A stretch of 63,873 nt of DNA, taken from the NCBI GenBank assembly GCA_963662665.2, contig CAXXJS010000034.1:1-63873 (forward strand), written 5' to 3'. This stretch comes from Candidatus Latescibacterota bacterium. GTDB taxonomy: Bacteria; Latescibacterota; UBA2968; GCA-2709665. Positions 1 through 9,073 of the stretch are shown here, in pieces. The translations under genes were made by a program, and so were the position numbers. Position 1 is the stretch's first letter, and each line of letters begins with the position of its first letter. The notes beneath the pieces are model-generated. The model saw only the letters and a list, made by a program, of their open reading frames with translations, was not told where the DNA came from and ran no database searches.

Positions 1-801
1 GCGCACCAGTTTGCCGCCGAGAGAAATAGCGTGTGTGGACAGATCGCTCCGGGCTCCCTGGCGGGTTTGCATGGTGGCAATGTGAAACGCTTCCGGGCTC
101 TCCAATTCCAGTTTGTAGTGGTCCACAACCGCACTGTCGTCGGCGATGACTTCGGTAACGGCGTTCGTGAAATAGGTTCCGTCTCCCGTATATGTTTCGA
201 TAATTGTGGCCCTGGTGTTTTCTTCGGCCAGAACAAGCGTACGGGGGTGTGAGATGGAAGGGACGCCTGAGGGTGTTGTAATATACACGACGTGAACGGG
301 AGACTCGAAGACGGTACCTCGTGGGATGTAAACGAAGGCGCCGTCCTGCAGGAAGGCGGTGTTGAGCGCAACGAAGGCGTGCTCCTGGTAAGCTGCGTGC
401 CGCGCAATATGGCTTTCCACCCAATCGGGATCGGAGGCAATCAGTTCGGAAAGACTGCACGCCCGTACGCCGCGCGGGAGGTTCGCCGTTCGGGAATTCT
501 CGGCGCTGAAGAAGCCATTGACGAAAACCAGGCGTGTGGCAGCCAGTTCCAGCATGGCGTCTTCCATTTTCCAGGCCTGATGTACATCGGCCGCCGTTGT
601 TGTGCGAAACGATGTACGGACAAGCGGTGCGACGTTCGTATGAAACCAGGCTTCGTCTCTCGTGCCCGGAAACCCGAGTTCCGCGAATCGTCCGATTGCC
701 GACTTGCGAATTGCGTGCAGGGGCGAGGCGGACCGCCCGTTCAGGCTCTCTTCGAGAGTGGAAAATGCCGACAGATAGGCGTGAGTGCCCTTGTTCTCCA
801 T
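1..801 (-). CDS. sufD: Fe-S cluster assembly protein SufD (5' part; runs off window edge)
   Basis: Not in the ORF track because there is no stop in the window. ATG at 801 follows an AGGAGG RBS just after the sufC stop. Manual translation gives MENKGTHAYLSAF...FVALNTAFLQDGAFVYIPRG...HPRTLVLAEEN...YFTNAVTEVIA...AISLGGKLVR, typical SufD. Synteny is sufB-sufC-sufD. Confidence 0.92.
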   Translation of the reverse strand, partial: MENKGTHAYLSAFSTLEESLNGRSASPLHAIRKSAIGRFAELGFPGTRDEAWFHTNVAPLVRTSFRTTTAADVHQAWKMEDAMLELAATRLVFVNGFFSAENSRTANLPRGVRACSLSELIASDPDWVESHIARHAAYQEHAFVALNTAFLQDGAFVYIPRGTVFESPVHVVYITTPSGVPSISHPRTLVLAEENTRATIIETYTGDGTYFTNAVTEVIADDSAVVDHYKLELESPEAFHIATMQTRQGARSDLSTHAISLGGKLVR

Positions 802-817
802 GTTGCGGCTACCTCCT

Positions 818-1591
818 CTAATTCCTGGCAAATCGGGCCGTCGATTCTTCGCGAATCCAATCGTACCCTTCCGCTTCCAGCTTCTGGGCGAGTTCCTTGC
901 CGCCCGATTTAACGATCCTGCCCTGCAGAAGCACGTGTACGAAGTCCGGCACTATGTAGGTCAGCAGCCGCTGGTAGTGGGTAACCACCAGTACTGCGCT
1001 CTCGGGGTTTTTCCGGAGGAGCGCGTTAACGCCGTTGGCCACGATTTTCAGGGCATCGATATCCAATCCGGAGTCCGTTTCGTCCATGATCGCCAGCCTG
1101 GGTTCGAGCATTGCCATCTGAAAAATCTCGTTTCGCTTCTTTTCGCCCCCGGAAAAGCCCTCGTTGACCGCCCGGTTCAGAAAGGACTCGTCCATTTCCA
1201 CCAGATTGAGTTTCTCGCGGGAAAGGGCGAGAAAATCCATGGCATCGAGTTCGTCCTGTCCGCGCGCCTTGCGGAGTTCATTGAGCGCCGTACGGAGAAA
1301 ATAAGCGCTGTTGACGCCGGGAATCTCCACCGGGTATTGAAAGGCCATGAATACGCCGGCCTGGGCGCGTTCTTCCGGATCCAATTCCAACAGGTCTTCG
1401 CCTTCGTAGTGGACGTCGCCCCGGGTCACTTCGTACTCTTCCCGCCCCGCCAATACCTGGGCAAGTGTGCTCTTGCCGGACCCGTTGGGACCCATAATCG
1501 CGTGAATTTCGCCGGCATTGACCCTGAGGTCGATCCCGGACAGGATGCGAGTGCCCTCGACGCTTGCGTGGAGGTCGTTGATTTCGAGCAT
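818..1591 (-). CDS. sufC: Fe-S cluster assembly ATPase SufC
   Basis: Walker [55 protein letters not shown]. Confidence 0.98.
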   Translation of the reverse strand: MLEINDLHASVEGTRILSGIDLRVNAGEIHAIMGPNGSGKSTLAQVLAGREEYEVTRGDVHYEGEDLLELDPEERAQAGVFMAFQYPVEIPGVNSAYFLRTALNELRKARGQDELDAMDFLALSREKLNLVEMDESFLNRAVNEGFSGGEKKRNEIFQMAMLEPRLAIMDETDSGLDIDALKIVANGVNALLRKNPESAVLVVTHYQRLLTYIVPDFVHVLLQGRIVKSGGKELAQKLEAEGYDWIREESTARFARN

Positions 1592-1711
1592 GCGTGTTCC
1601 TCTTGGAAAACTGTCCCTGCTGCGGTGATGATGCCCTTTGCGAAAGGGCGCCTGTTCAGGCCTCCGTTGAAGCCCTGAATGTGTTCGCGGCCGCCCGGTG
1701 TCCCATGAGCG

Positions 1712-3179
1712 CTATCCCACGCTGCCTTCCAGACTGATGCCAAGCAGTTTCTGCGCTTCGACGGCGAATTCCATCGGTAGTTCGGCCAGTACCTCCTTGC
1801 AAAAAACCGTTGACAATCATGGATACGGCGTCTTCCGTGGATATTCCGCGCTGGTTGCAGTAGAAAATCTGATCTTCGCCGATCTTTGAGGTGGAGGCCT
1901 CGTGCTCTACCTGCGAACTGGTGTTTCTCACGTCGATGTACGGGAACGTGTGCGCCCCGCAACGGTCGCCGATGAGCATGGAATCGCACTGGGTAAAGTT
2001 TCGGGCGTTCGCCGCGCCTTTCAGGACCTGCACCCGGCCCCGATAGGTGTTCTGCCCGTTCTTCGCTGATATGCCTTTCGATACGATGGTGCTGCGGGTG
2101 TTTTTGCCAAGATGAATCATCTTGGTTCCCGTATCGGCCTGCTGCCGCCCGCTGGTAACGGCCACGGAGTAGAATTCTCCTATAGAGTTGTCGCCCTGGA
2201 GTATGCAACTGGGATATTTCCAGGTGATTGCCGATCCGGTTTCAACCTGTGTCCAGGAGATCTTGGCATTGGCGCCGCGGCAGGCGCCGCGTTTGGTGAC
2301 GAAGTTGTAGATCCCGCCCACACCGTTTTCGTCGCCGGGGTACCAGTTCTGAACGGTCGAGTATTTGATTTGCGCATTGTCGAGCGCAACCAGTTCCACG
2401 ACAGCGGCGTGAAGCTGATTCTCGTCTCTCTGGGGGGCGGTGCAACCTTCGAGATACGAAACGTGAGAGCCTTCTTCCGCGACGATGAGCGTCCGCTCGA
2501 ACTGGCCTGTATTGGCCGCGTTGATGCGGAAGTAAGTGGACAGTTCCATGGGGCATCGTACGCCGCGGGGGATGTAGCAGAAGGAGCCGTCCGTAAATAC
2601 CGCTGAGTTGAGTGCGGCAAAGAAGTTGTCATTGTAAGGCACAACCGAACCGAGGTACTTCTTCACCATATCTGGATGTTCCTGCACGGCTTCCGAGAAC
2701 GAACAGAAAACAATGCCCAGTTCCGAAAGCTTGTCCTTGAAAGTCGTGGCAACGGAAACGCTGTCGAAAACGGCGTCCACCGCGACGCCTGAAAGTATTT
2801 TCTGCTCCTCGAGCGGGATGCCCAGTTTTTCGTAGGTGCGGAGGATTTCAGGGTCAACCTCGTCGAGGCTCTCGAGTGTTTCCGCCTTCCTGGGCGCCGA
2901 GTAGTAGATGATTTTCTGATAGTCGATGTCCGGATAATCGACCATTGCCCACTGCCGGCTACGCTTGCGGCGGGTCGGGTCATCCATTTTGAGCCAGTTG
3001 TGAAAGGCTCTAAGGCGCCATTGCAAGAGCCAGTCCGGTTCGTTTTTCTTCCGGGAAATGAAGGCGATGGTTTCTTCATCCAGACCCGGAGGCGCTGCGT
3101 CCTGTTCAACGTCCGTTATGAATCCGTATTTGTATTCTCTGGTCGCCAGTTCTTCAATTTCCTGCACTTCTTCGCTCAT
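1712..3179 (-). CDS. sufB: Fe-S cluster assembly protein SufB (+1 frameshift in T-run at 1801-1806)
   Basis: [59 protein letters not shown]. The canonical C-terminus [29 protein letters not shown] continues in another frame after ...IVNGF, with TAG at 1712-1714. Confidence 0.95.
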
Positions 3180-3264
3180 TGGGCGCTCCTTCCATCGCTT
3201 GAAAGGGCATTAGTTTTGTTGTTGTTTGTGCAACGCAACGATAACGTTTCCTGAACGCAAGCTT

Positions 3265-3293
3265 AACATACCCAATCCGTATCCATGTGTCAA
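3265..3293 (-). promoter_or_regulatory. sigma70-type promoter of suf operon
   Basis: Minus strand TTGACA (3293-3288), 17 nt spacer, TATGTT (3270-3265), upstream of sufB. Confidence 0.6.
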
Positions 3294-3387
3294 GATCAAA
3301 AATGTACGAAAAAGTCAAGTTTCATGGATTTGGTGTCAGGGTGGCGGGCTGAACGTGAGGAATGGACGCGCGAGGGGTGCTTTTCTC

Positions 3388-3417
3388 TTGACAGACGTGC
3401 TTGGATTTCGCTAATTT
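3388..3417 (+). promoter_or_regulatory. Putative sigma70-type promoter of nuo operon
   Basis: TTGACA 3388-3393, 18 nt spacer, TAATTT 3412-3417; about 100 nt before nuoA. Confidence 0.45.
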
Positions 3418-3516
3418 ATCGCGGTCTTTACAGAATGCATGAAACCGTGGAATTTGCGTCTGCCCCCTGTTGTCGTTCCCGTCCAATAGTGCTGCTGCCA
3501 TGGAGGCTTTTGCCAG

Positions 3517-3936
3517 ATGCTGGACCAATATGCCAACGTTTTGATTTTCCTGGGGATCGGCGCGCTCTTTGTGGTGGTCAATCTGTTCATCGGCAGTCTG
3601 ATACGTCCCAGGAATCCCAGCGCGGAGAAACTGAGTACGTACGAGTGCGGTGAAGAGCCCGTGGGCGGATCGTGGATTCAATTCAATATTCGATTTTATG
3701 TGATCGCCCTGGACTTCATCATCTTCGACGTTGAAGTGGTCCTGCTGTATCCCTGGGCGGTGGTGGCCAACGATTTTGGCTGGTACGGCTTCGGGGCGAT
3801 GTCCATTTTTGTGGTCGTACTATTGCTCGGCCTCGCGTATGCGTGGCGCAAGGGCGCCCTGGAATGGGTGCGCCCCAAGCTGTCAGGGCGGCAGGCGCCT
3901 GCGCCTTCTCCCGCTGCCGGGCCTCGTGTTGCCTGA
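3517..3936 (+). CDS. nuoA: NADH-quinone oxidoreductase subunit A
   Basis: KLSTYECGEEP, FNIRFY, FDVEVVLLYPWAV, YAWRKGALEW. Confidence 0.97.
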   Translation: MLDQYANVLIFLGIGALFVVVNLFIGSLIRPRNPSAEKLSTYECGEEPVGGSWIQFNIRFYVIALDFIIFDVEVVLLYPWAVVANDFGWYGFGAMSIFVVVLLLGLAYAWRKGALEWVRPKLSGRQAPAPSPAAGPRVA

Positions 3937-4080
3937 CCCGCTCTTTGGTATCCGGCCGCGCGGCAGGCGCGTGAACCGGCTCGCGCCACGTTCGTATTGC
4001 TTGCCCGGTTTCAATTCGCGGCCTTTCACAGTGATCGAATTCAATCGTCCGTATGGACGTTTCAGGAGGCATGCCCGTCC

Positions 4081-4566
4081 ATGGGAAAACTCACAGGTCG
4101 TTTCCAGGATAACGTCATTGTAACGTCGGTCGATTATTTCGTCAATTGGGCGCGGCTGTCCTCGCTCTGGCCGATGACGTTCGGATTGGCGTGTTGCGCC
4201 ATAGAAATGATGGCCACGGGGGCGTCGAGGTACGATTGGTCGCGGTTGGGCATGGTCCCGCGCGCGACGCCGCGTCAGTCCGATCTGATGATTGTGGCTG
4301 GTACTGTCACCCTGAAAATGGCTACCCGCGTGAAGAAACTGTACGACCAGATGGCTGAGCCGAGGTACGTGATGTCTATGGGTTGCTGCGCCACGTCCGG
4401 CGGTCCATACTGGCAGCACGGATACCATGTATTGAAGGGTGTCGACCGGGTTGTACCGGTTGACGTGTACGTCCCGGGCTGCCCTCCGAGGCCCGAGGCC
4501 TTGCTGGAGGGCGTACTGAAACTGCAGGACAAGATCCGTATCGATTCCATCGCGAAAGTGAGTTGA
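4081..4566 (+). CDS. nuoB: NADH-quinone oxidoreductase subunit B
   Basis: [35 protein letters not shown]. Start moved to ATG 4081 (AGGAGG upstream). Confidence 0.97.
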   Translation: MGKLTGRFQDNVIVTSVDYFVNWARLSSLWPMTFGLACCAIEMMATGASRYDWSRLGMVPRATPRQSDLMIVAGTVTLKMATRVKKLYDQMAEPRYVMSMGCCATSGGPYWQHGYHVLKGVDRVVPVDVYVPGCPPRPEALLEGVLKLQDKIRIDSIAKVS

Positions 4567-4597
4567 GCAGCGCCGGCCCGGACGTGGGGGAGACCTG

Positions 4598-5068
4598 ATG
4601 ACACCGCAGGAGATATACGACCGGATGAAGGAAGCGTTCGACGACCGCGTCCTGGATCTCACCGAAAACGTGGATCCGTTCATTCGGGTACGGGCCGACG
4701 CAATCGCGGAAATCGGCCAGTTTCTGCGGGACGACGACGCAATGCGGTTCGAGTCGCTGATGTGTCTGAGCGGGGTGGATTATCCGGAACACCTGACGCT
4801 GGTCTACCACCTGTTCTCAACGTCACGTCGTCACACGATAACGCTCAAGGCGGAAGTGGGAAGAGACGATCCCCGGGTTCCAACTGTGGAGGGGATATGG
4901 CGTGTGGCGAACTGGCACGAACGCGAGACGTACGATATGTTCGGGGTTGTCTTCGACGGACACAGCGATCTGCGGCGGATTCTTTGTCCCGACGACTGGG
5001 AAGGGTGGCCGTTGCGCAAGGATTACCAGGTTCAGGAATATTATCGCGGCATCAGGGTTGAGGTATAA
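4598..5068 (+). CDS. nuoC: NADH-quinone oxidoreductase subunit C
   Basis: ANWHERETYDMFGVVFDGHSDLRRIL...GWPLRKDY. Confidence 0.97.
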   Translation: MTPQEIYDRMKEAFDDRVLDLTENVDPFIRVRADAIAEIGQFLRDDDAMRFESLMCLSGVDYPEHLTLVYHLFSTSRRHTITLKAEVGRDDPRVPTVEGIWRVANWHERETYDMFGVVFDGHSDLRRILCPDDWEGWPLRKDYQVQEYYRGIRVEV

Positions 5069-5071
5069 ACT

Positions 5072-6271
5072 ATGGCAGAGATTCCACGTGTGGCTGCAGA
5101 GGTGACGGTGGAACGGCCGGGACTGCCGCCGGCAGCGGACGCGATGGGCGATAATCTGAACAGCGAGATGATGACAATCAATATGGGACCCCAGCACCCC
5201 AGTACGCACGGGGTGCTGCGTTTGGAGATCAGGACAGACGGAGAAATCGTTGAATCGGCAATACCCCATATAGGTTATCTGCATCGTTGTTTCGAAAAAC
5301 ACGCCGAGAATCTTCCGTATCCTCAGGTGATTCCGTTCACGGACCGAATGGATTACCTGGCGGCAATGAACAATAATATGGGGTACGTTCTGGCCGTGGA
5401 GAAGCTTCTCGGACTTGAAATCCCGGAACGCGTGGAATATATCCGGGTCATCATGTGCGAGTTGAACCGTATTGCCAGTCACCTGGTTTCTTTCGGGACC
5501 TATGGAATGGATATCGGGGCGTTTACGCCCTTTTTGTTTGCCTTCCGGGAACGGGAGGATATTTTCGACCTGTTTGAAATGACGTGCGGAGCCCGGATGC
5601 TATACAATTACATCTGGGTGGGTGGCGTTTCTCACGACCTGCCGCCTGGCTTCGCAGAACGTTGCCGGCATTTCCTGTCCGAGTTCAAAAGCAAATTGAA
5701 CGAGTACAACGACCTCCTGACGTACAATAAGATCTTCATTGAACGCACCGCCAGGGTCGGCGTTCTGTCGCGGGAGTCTGCGTACAGTCACAACATTACC
5801 GGGCCGAATCTTCGAGGCTGCGGCGTGAAATGGGACCTCCGTCGGGACGAACCCTATTCGATTTACGACCGCTTCGAGTTCGACGTGCCCGTCGGCATGG
5901 GAGAGATGGGGACCCTGGGAGATTGCTGGGATCGCTACATGGTGCGGATTCGCGAGATGGAGGAAAGCGCGGGTATCGTGTCTCAGGCGCTCGATCAGTT
6001 GCCCGATGGCGGAGACGTACAGGCGGCGGTCCCCCGAAACGTACGGCCCCCCAAAGACGCGGAATGTTACGTTCGCAGCGAAAATCCCAGGGGTGAACTG
6101 GGAGTATATGTTATCAGCGACGGTTCAAACGTACCGTACCGGGTGCGGGTGAAGTCGCCCTGTTTTACCGTGATGAGTGTATTTGACGAACTCGCCAGGG
6201 GCCATTACCTGGCCGATATTATCGCCATTATTGGAAGCATCGATATCGTACTGGGCGAGATAGACCGGTAG
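5072..6271 (+). CDS. nuoD: NADH-quinone oxidoreductase subunit D
   Basis: NMGPQHPSTHGVLRL, GYLHRCFEK, ELNRIASHL, IDIVLGEIDR. No NiFe CxxC motifs, so not a hydrogenase large subunit. Confidence 0.97.
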   Translation: MAEIPRVAAEVTVERPGLPPAADAMGDNLNSEMMTINMGPQHPSTHGVLRLEIRTDGEIVESAIPHIGYLHRCFEKHAENLPYPQVIPFTDRMDYLAAMNNNMGYVLAVEKLLGLEIPERVEYIRVIMCELNRIASHLVSFGTYGMDIGAFTPFLFAFREREDIFDLFEMTCGARMLYNYIWVGGVSHDLPPGFAERCRHFLSEFKSKLNEYNDLLTYNKIFIERTARVGVLSRESAYSHNITGPNLRGCGVKWDLRRDEPYSIYDRFEFDVPVGMGEMGTLGDCWDRYMVRIREMEESAGIVSQALDQLPDGGDVQAAVPRNVRPPKDAECYVRSENPRGELGVYVISDGSNVPYRVRVKSPCFTVMSVFDELARGHYLADIIAIIGSIDIVLGEIDR

Positions 6272-6410
6272 CGTTCCGGCCGGAATACAGGTTGCGGAAC
6301 TTCGACCGCCGAGTCGCCTGCCCGGCAACGCGGCAAGACGGAATGGGTCGCCGGAAGAAAGGCGGCATTTTCCCCGAACGGGGCATGATGTGTCGTCCGA
6401 GGAGTAACCT

Positions 6411-7583
6411 ATGCTCGAATTGGCGGAGGCTCTTGTAAGTCAGGTGGGGATTCTGAGCGCCGTGCCGATCGGCCTGGTGTCACTTGCACTGGGGCTGCTC
6501 GCAGGGATTGTCATCGTAACGCTCGTTGCAGTTCTGGGCCTCATTATGGTTTACATGGAAATGAAAATATCCGCCCATATCCAGGACCGACTGGGGCCGA
6601 TGCGGACCGGCGGGTGGCACGGGTGGGCTCAGCCGATTGCAGACGGCGTCAAACTCCTTCTTAAGGAGGACATCATTCCTGCGGCGGCGGATAAGGGACT
6701 TTTCATTCTGGCGCCCCTGCTGGTCTTTTCCGGTGCTCTCGCGGTCTTCGTGTGCATTCCGTTCGGCGGCAGCCTCATCGTGAGCGATCTCGACATCGGT
6801 ATTTTCTATATCCTGGCCATTTCGTCGTTGGGGGTACTGGGCATTCTCATGGCCGGTTGGGCGTCCAATAACAAGTGGTCGCTCCTGGGCGCGATGCGCT
6901 CTGCAGCGCAGGTCGTGAGCTATGAAATTCCCGTCGCCATGGCGTTTCTTAGCGTGATCCCTCTCGTGGGCACTTTGAGCACGCAGGCCCTCGTCGAAGC
7001 GCAATCGGGGTCTTTGTATCACTGGTTTGTTTTTCGGAATCCGTTTACGTTTCTCGCATTCATCCTATACTTTATCGCGGCTCTTGCAGAGGTAAACCGT
7101 ACGCCGTTCGACATACCGGAAGCCGAATCCGAACTGGTCGCGGGTTATCATACCGAATACAGCGGCATGCGGTTTTCGTTCTTTTTCGTGGCGGAATACG
7201 CTGCGATGGTTGCCGTAAGCATGGTCGGCGCGGTGGTATTTCTGGGTGGCTGGCAGGCGCCCTGGGGCGGTTCGTTTCCGGCCGGCCCCATCTGGATGAT
7301 CGGGAAGGGGCTGCTGCTGGTCGCGGTGCAGATCTGGATTCGTTGGACGCTTCCCCGGTTGCGTGTCGATCAATTGATGTTCGTGGGCTGGAAGGTACTG
7401 ACGCCGGGGGCGTTCCTGTGCCTGTTGGGATCGGTCGTGTGGCATTTCGCCGCACCGGGATGGCTGCAGGAACTCGCCAAGGTAGGATTGATGGGTGTGA
7501 TGGCCGTGGTTCTTTTCTTCCTTTTGCGTTCCGCCGCTCGCGGATTGATGCACGGGCGGACACAGCGGGCACAGACGGCATAA
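6411..7583 (+). CDS. nuoH: NADH-quinone oxidoreductase subunit H
   Basis: QPIADGVKLLLKEDIIP, RSAAQVVSYEIP, NRTPFDIPEAESELVAGYHTEYSG, RWTLPRLRVDQLM. Confidence 0.97.
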   Translation: MLELAEALVSQVGILSAVPIGLVSLALGLLAGIVIVTLVAVLGLIMVYMEMKISAHIQDRLGPMRTGGWHGWAQPIADGVKLLLKEDIIPAAADKGLFILAPLLVFSGALAVFVCIPFGGSLIVSDLDIGIFYILAISSLGVLGILMAGWASNNKWSLLGAMRSAAQVVSYEIPVAMAFLSVIPLVGTLSTQALVEAQSGSLYHWFVFRNPFTFLAFILYFIAALAEVNRTPFDIPEAESELVAGYHTEYSGMRFSFFFVAEYAAMVAVSMVGAVVFLGGWQAPWGGSFPAGPIWMIGKGLLLVAVQIWIRWTLPRLRVDQLMFVGWKVLTPGAFLCLLGSVVWHFAAPGWLQELAKVGLMGVMAVVLFFLLRSAARGLMHGRTQRAQTA

Positions 7584-7653
7584 CGTTCGCGCACGGGGCG
7601 CGCAATCGAGCCACGGGAAGGATCAACCGGACGACTCCTCGAGAGGTGATGCA

Positions 7654-8142
7654 ATGGGATCGTATTTCAGGAATATCTACCAGTCGGCTTCTTCCATCTG
7701 GGTGGGTTTGAACATCACGTTAAAGCATATGTTTACGCCTTCGATTACCCTGCAGTACCCCGACGAACGCTGGCAGATGCCGGAGCGGGCGAGGAACCAG
7801 CTATTCAACGATATCGACGATTGCATCGGTTGCGATCAGTGCGCAAGAGCCTGTCCGGTCGATTGCATTTATATCGAATGCGAAAAGGCCGGTCCCGACG
7901 AGGATCTGGGCCTGACTTCCAAGGGCACCAAGAAGCGGCTCAAAGTTCTGCGTTTTGATATCGACATGGGGCTTTGCTGTTATTGTGGTCTTTGTACGTA
8001 TCCCTGCCCCACCGAATGTCTTGTCATGACCCCCAATTACGAATCATCCGTTTACGATCGGACAGACCTGATCTACCGCTACGCACGCCCCTGGGACTAC
8101 GAACAGAAACCCGCAGACGCGGAGCCGGCCCAGCGTCAATAA
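7654..8142 (+). CDS. nuoI: NADH-quinone oxidoreductase subunit I
   Basis: Two 4Fe-4S motifs, CIGCDQCARACP and CCYCGLCTYPCP; TLQYPDER. Confidence 0.96.
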   Translation: MGSYFRNIYQSASSIWVGLNITLKHMFTPSITLQYPDERWQMPERARNQLFNDIDDCIGCDQCARACPVDCIYIECEKAGPDEDLGLTSKGTKKRLKVLRFDIDMGLCCYCGLCTYPCPTECLVMTPNYESSVYDRTDLIYRYARPWDYEQKPADAEPAQRQ

Positions 8143-8236
8143 ACCGCGGCGACCCAATCGCGTCAGGGTGCCGCTCCCGATGCAGACCAGGCCGGACGTC
8201 TATTGAATGCCTGGGGCTTCCAGGATTGATTGACAT

Positions 8237-8755
8237 ATGGAACTCTCAACGATTGTGTTTTACGTGTTTGCCGCCGTGACCGTGGGCTCGGCGGCAGCGG
8301 TCGTGTTTGTGAGCCGGTTGATCTATGCCGTATTTGCCCTGCTGTTTACGTTTTTCGGCGTTGCCGGACTGTACGTGTTTCTCGACGCCGATTTCCTGGC
8401 GGGCGCACAGGTATTGATCTATGTCGGTGGCATCCTCATTCTGTTGCTCTTCGGTGTGATGTTGACCAATCGGATCTACGATTTGAATCTGCTGGCTGAA
8501 AGGGTGCAGTTTCTGCCCAGCGTGATTGTCGTCGGCGCAGGTTTCGCGTTGCTGGTAATGGTAATCGTGAAGACCTCGTGGCCGCTGTCCGGGGGTCCGC
8601 CGCCGGCTTCCAGTACAGAGGAAATCGGCAAGTCGCTCATGACAACCTACGTGCTTCCGTTCGAGGTCGCCGGGATGCTGTTGCTGGCGGCACTCCTCGG
8701 GGCCTCCATGCTTGCCGGAACGGGGAAGGGGAAGGAAGACGAGGGAGAGTTATGA
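8237..8755 (+). CDS. nuoJ: NADH-quinone oxidoreductase subunit J
   Basis: QVLIYVGGILILLLFGVML, YVLPFEVA; hydrophobic. Confidence 0.96.
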   Translation: MELSTIVFYVFAAVTVGSAAAVVFVSRLIYAVFALLFTFFGVAGLYVFLDADFLAGAQVLIYVGGILILLLFGVMLTNRIYDLNLLAERVQFLPSVIVVGAGFALLVMVIVKTSWPLSGGPPPASSTEEIGKSLMTTYVLPFEVAGMLLLAALLGASMLAGTGKGKEDEGEL

Positions 8756-9057
8756 TTGCACTGGAGCACTATCTCGTCGTCGCCGCCACTCTCTTTTGTC
8801 TGGGTATTCTGGCAGTTGCCACGCGCCGCAATGCAATCAGCATCCTGATGGGCGTGGAACTCATACTGAATGCCGCGAATCTGAATCTTGTCGCGTTTGC
8901 ACGGTTCTCGGATTCGGGGTTGCAGGGGCAGGTTTTCGCCGTATTCGTCATTGTCCTTGCGGCCGCGGAAGCGGCGGTTGCGCTGGCGATCGTCTTGAAT
9001 ATCTACCGGAATTATCAGATGGTCAATATCGATAGACTGGACTCATTGAGCGGTTGA
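8752..9057 (+). CDS. nuoK: NADH-quinone oxidoreductase subunit K
   Basis: ATG 8752 overlaps the nuoJ stop; RRNAISILMGVELILNAANLNLVAF, AAAEAAVALAI. Confidence 0.96.
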   Translation: MIALEHYLVVAATLFCLGILAVATRRNAISILMGVELILNAANLNLVAFARFSDSGLQGQVFAVFVIVLAAAEAAVALAIVLNIYRNYQMVNIDRLDSLSG

Positions 9058-9073
9058 CGTCCCGGGGGAGTGA

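Noticed and set aside
5072-6271. Group 4 NiFe hydrogenase instead of complex I
   Set aside because: There are no Ni-binding CxxC motifs at either end of the large subunit, and NuoB has the tandem CC motif.
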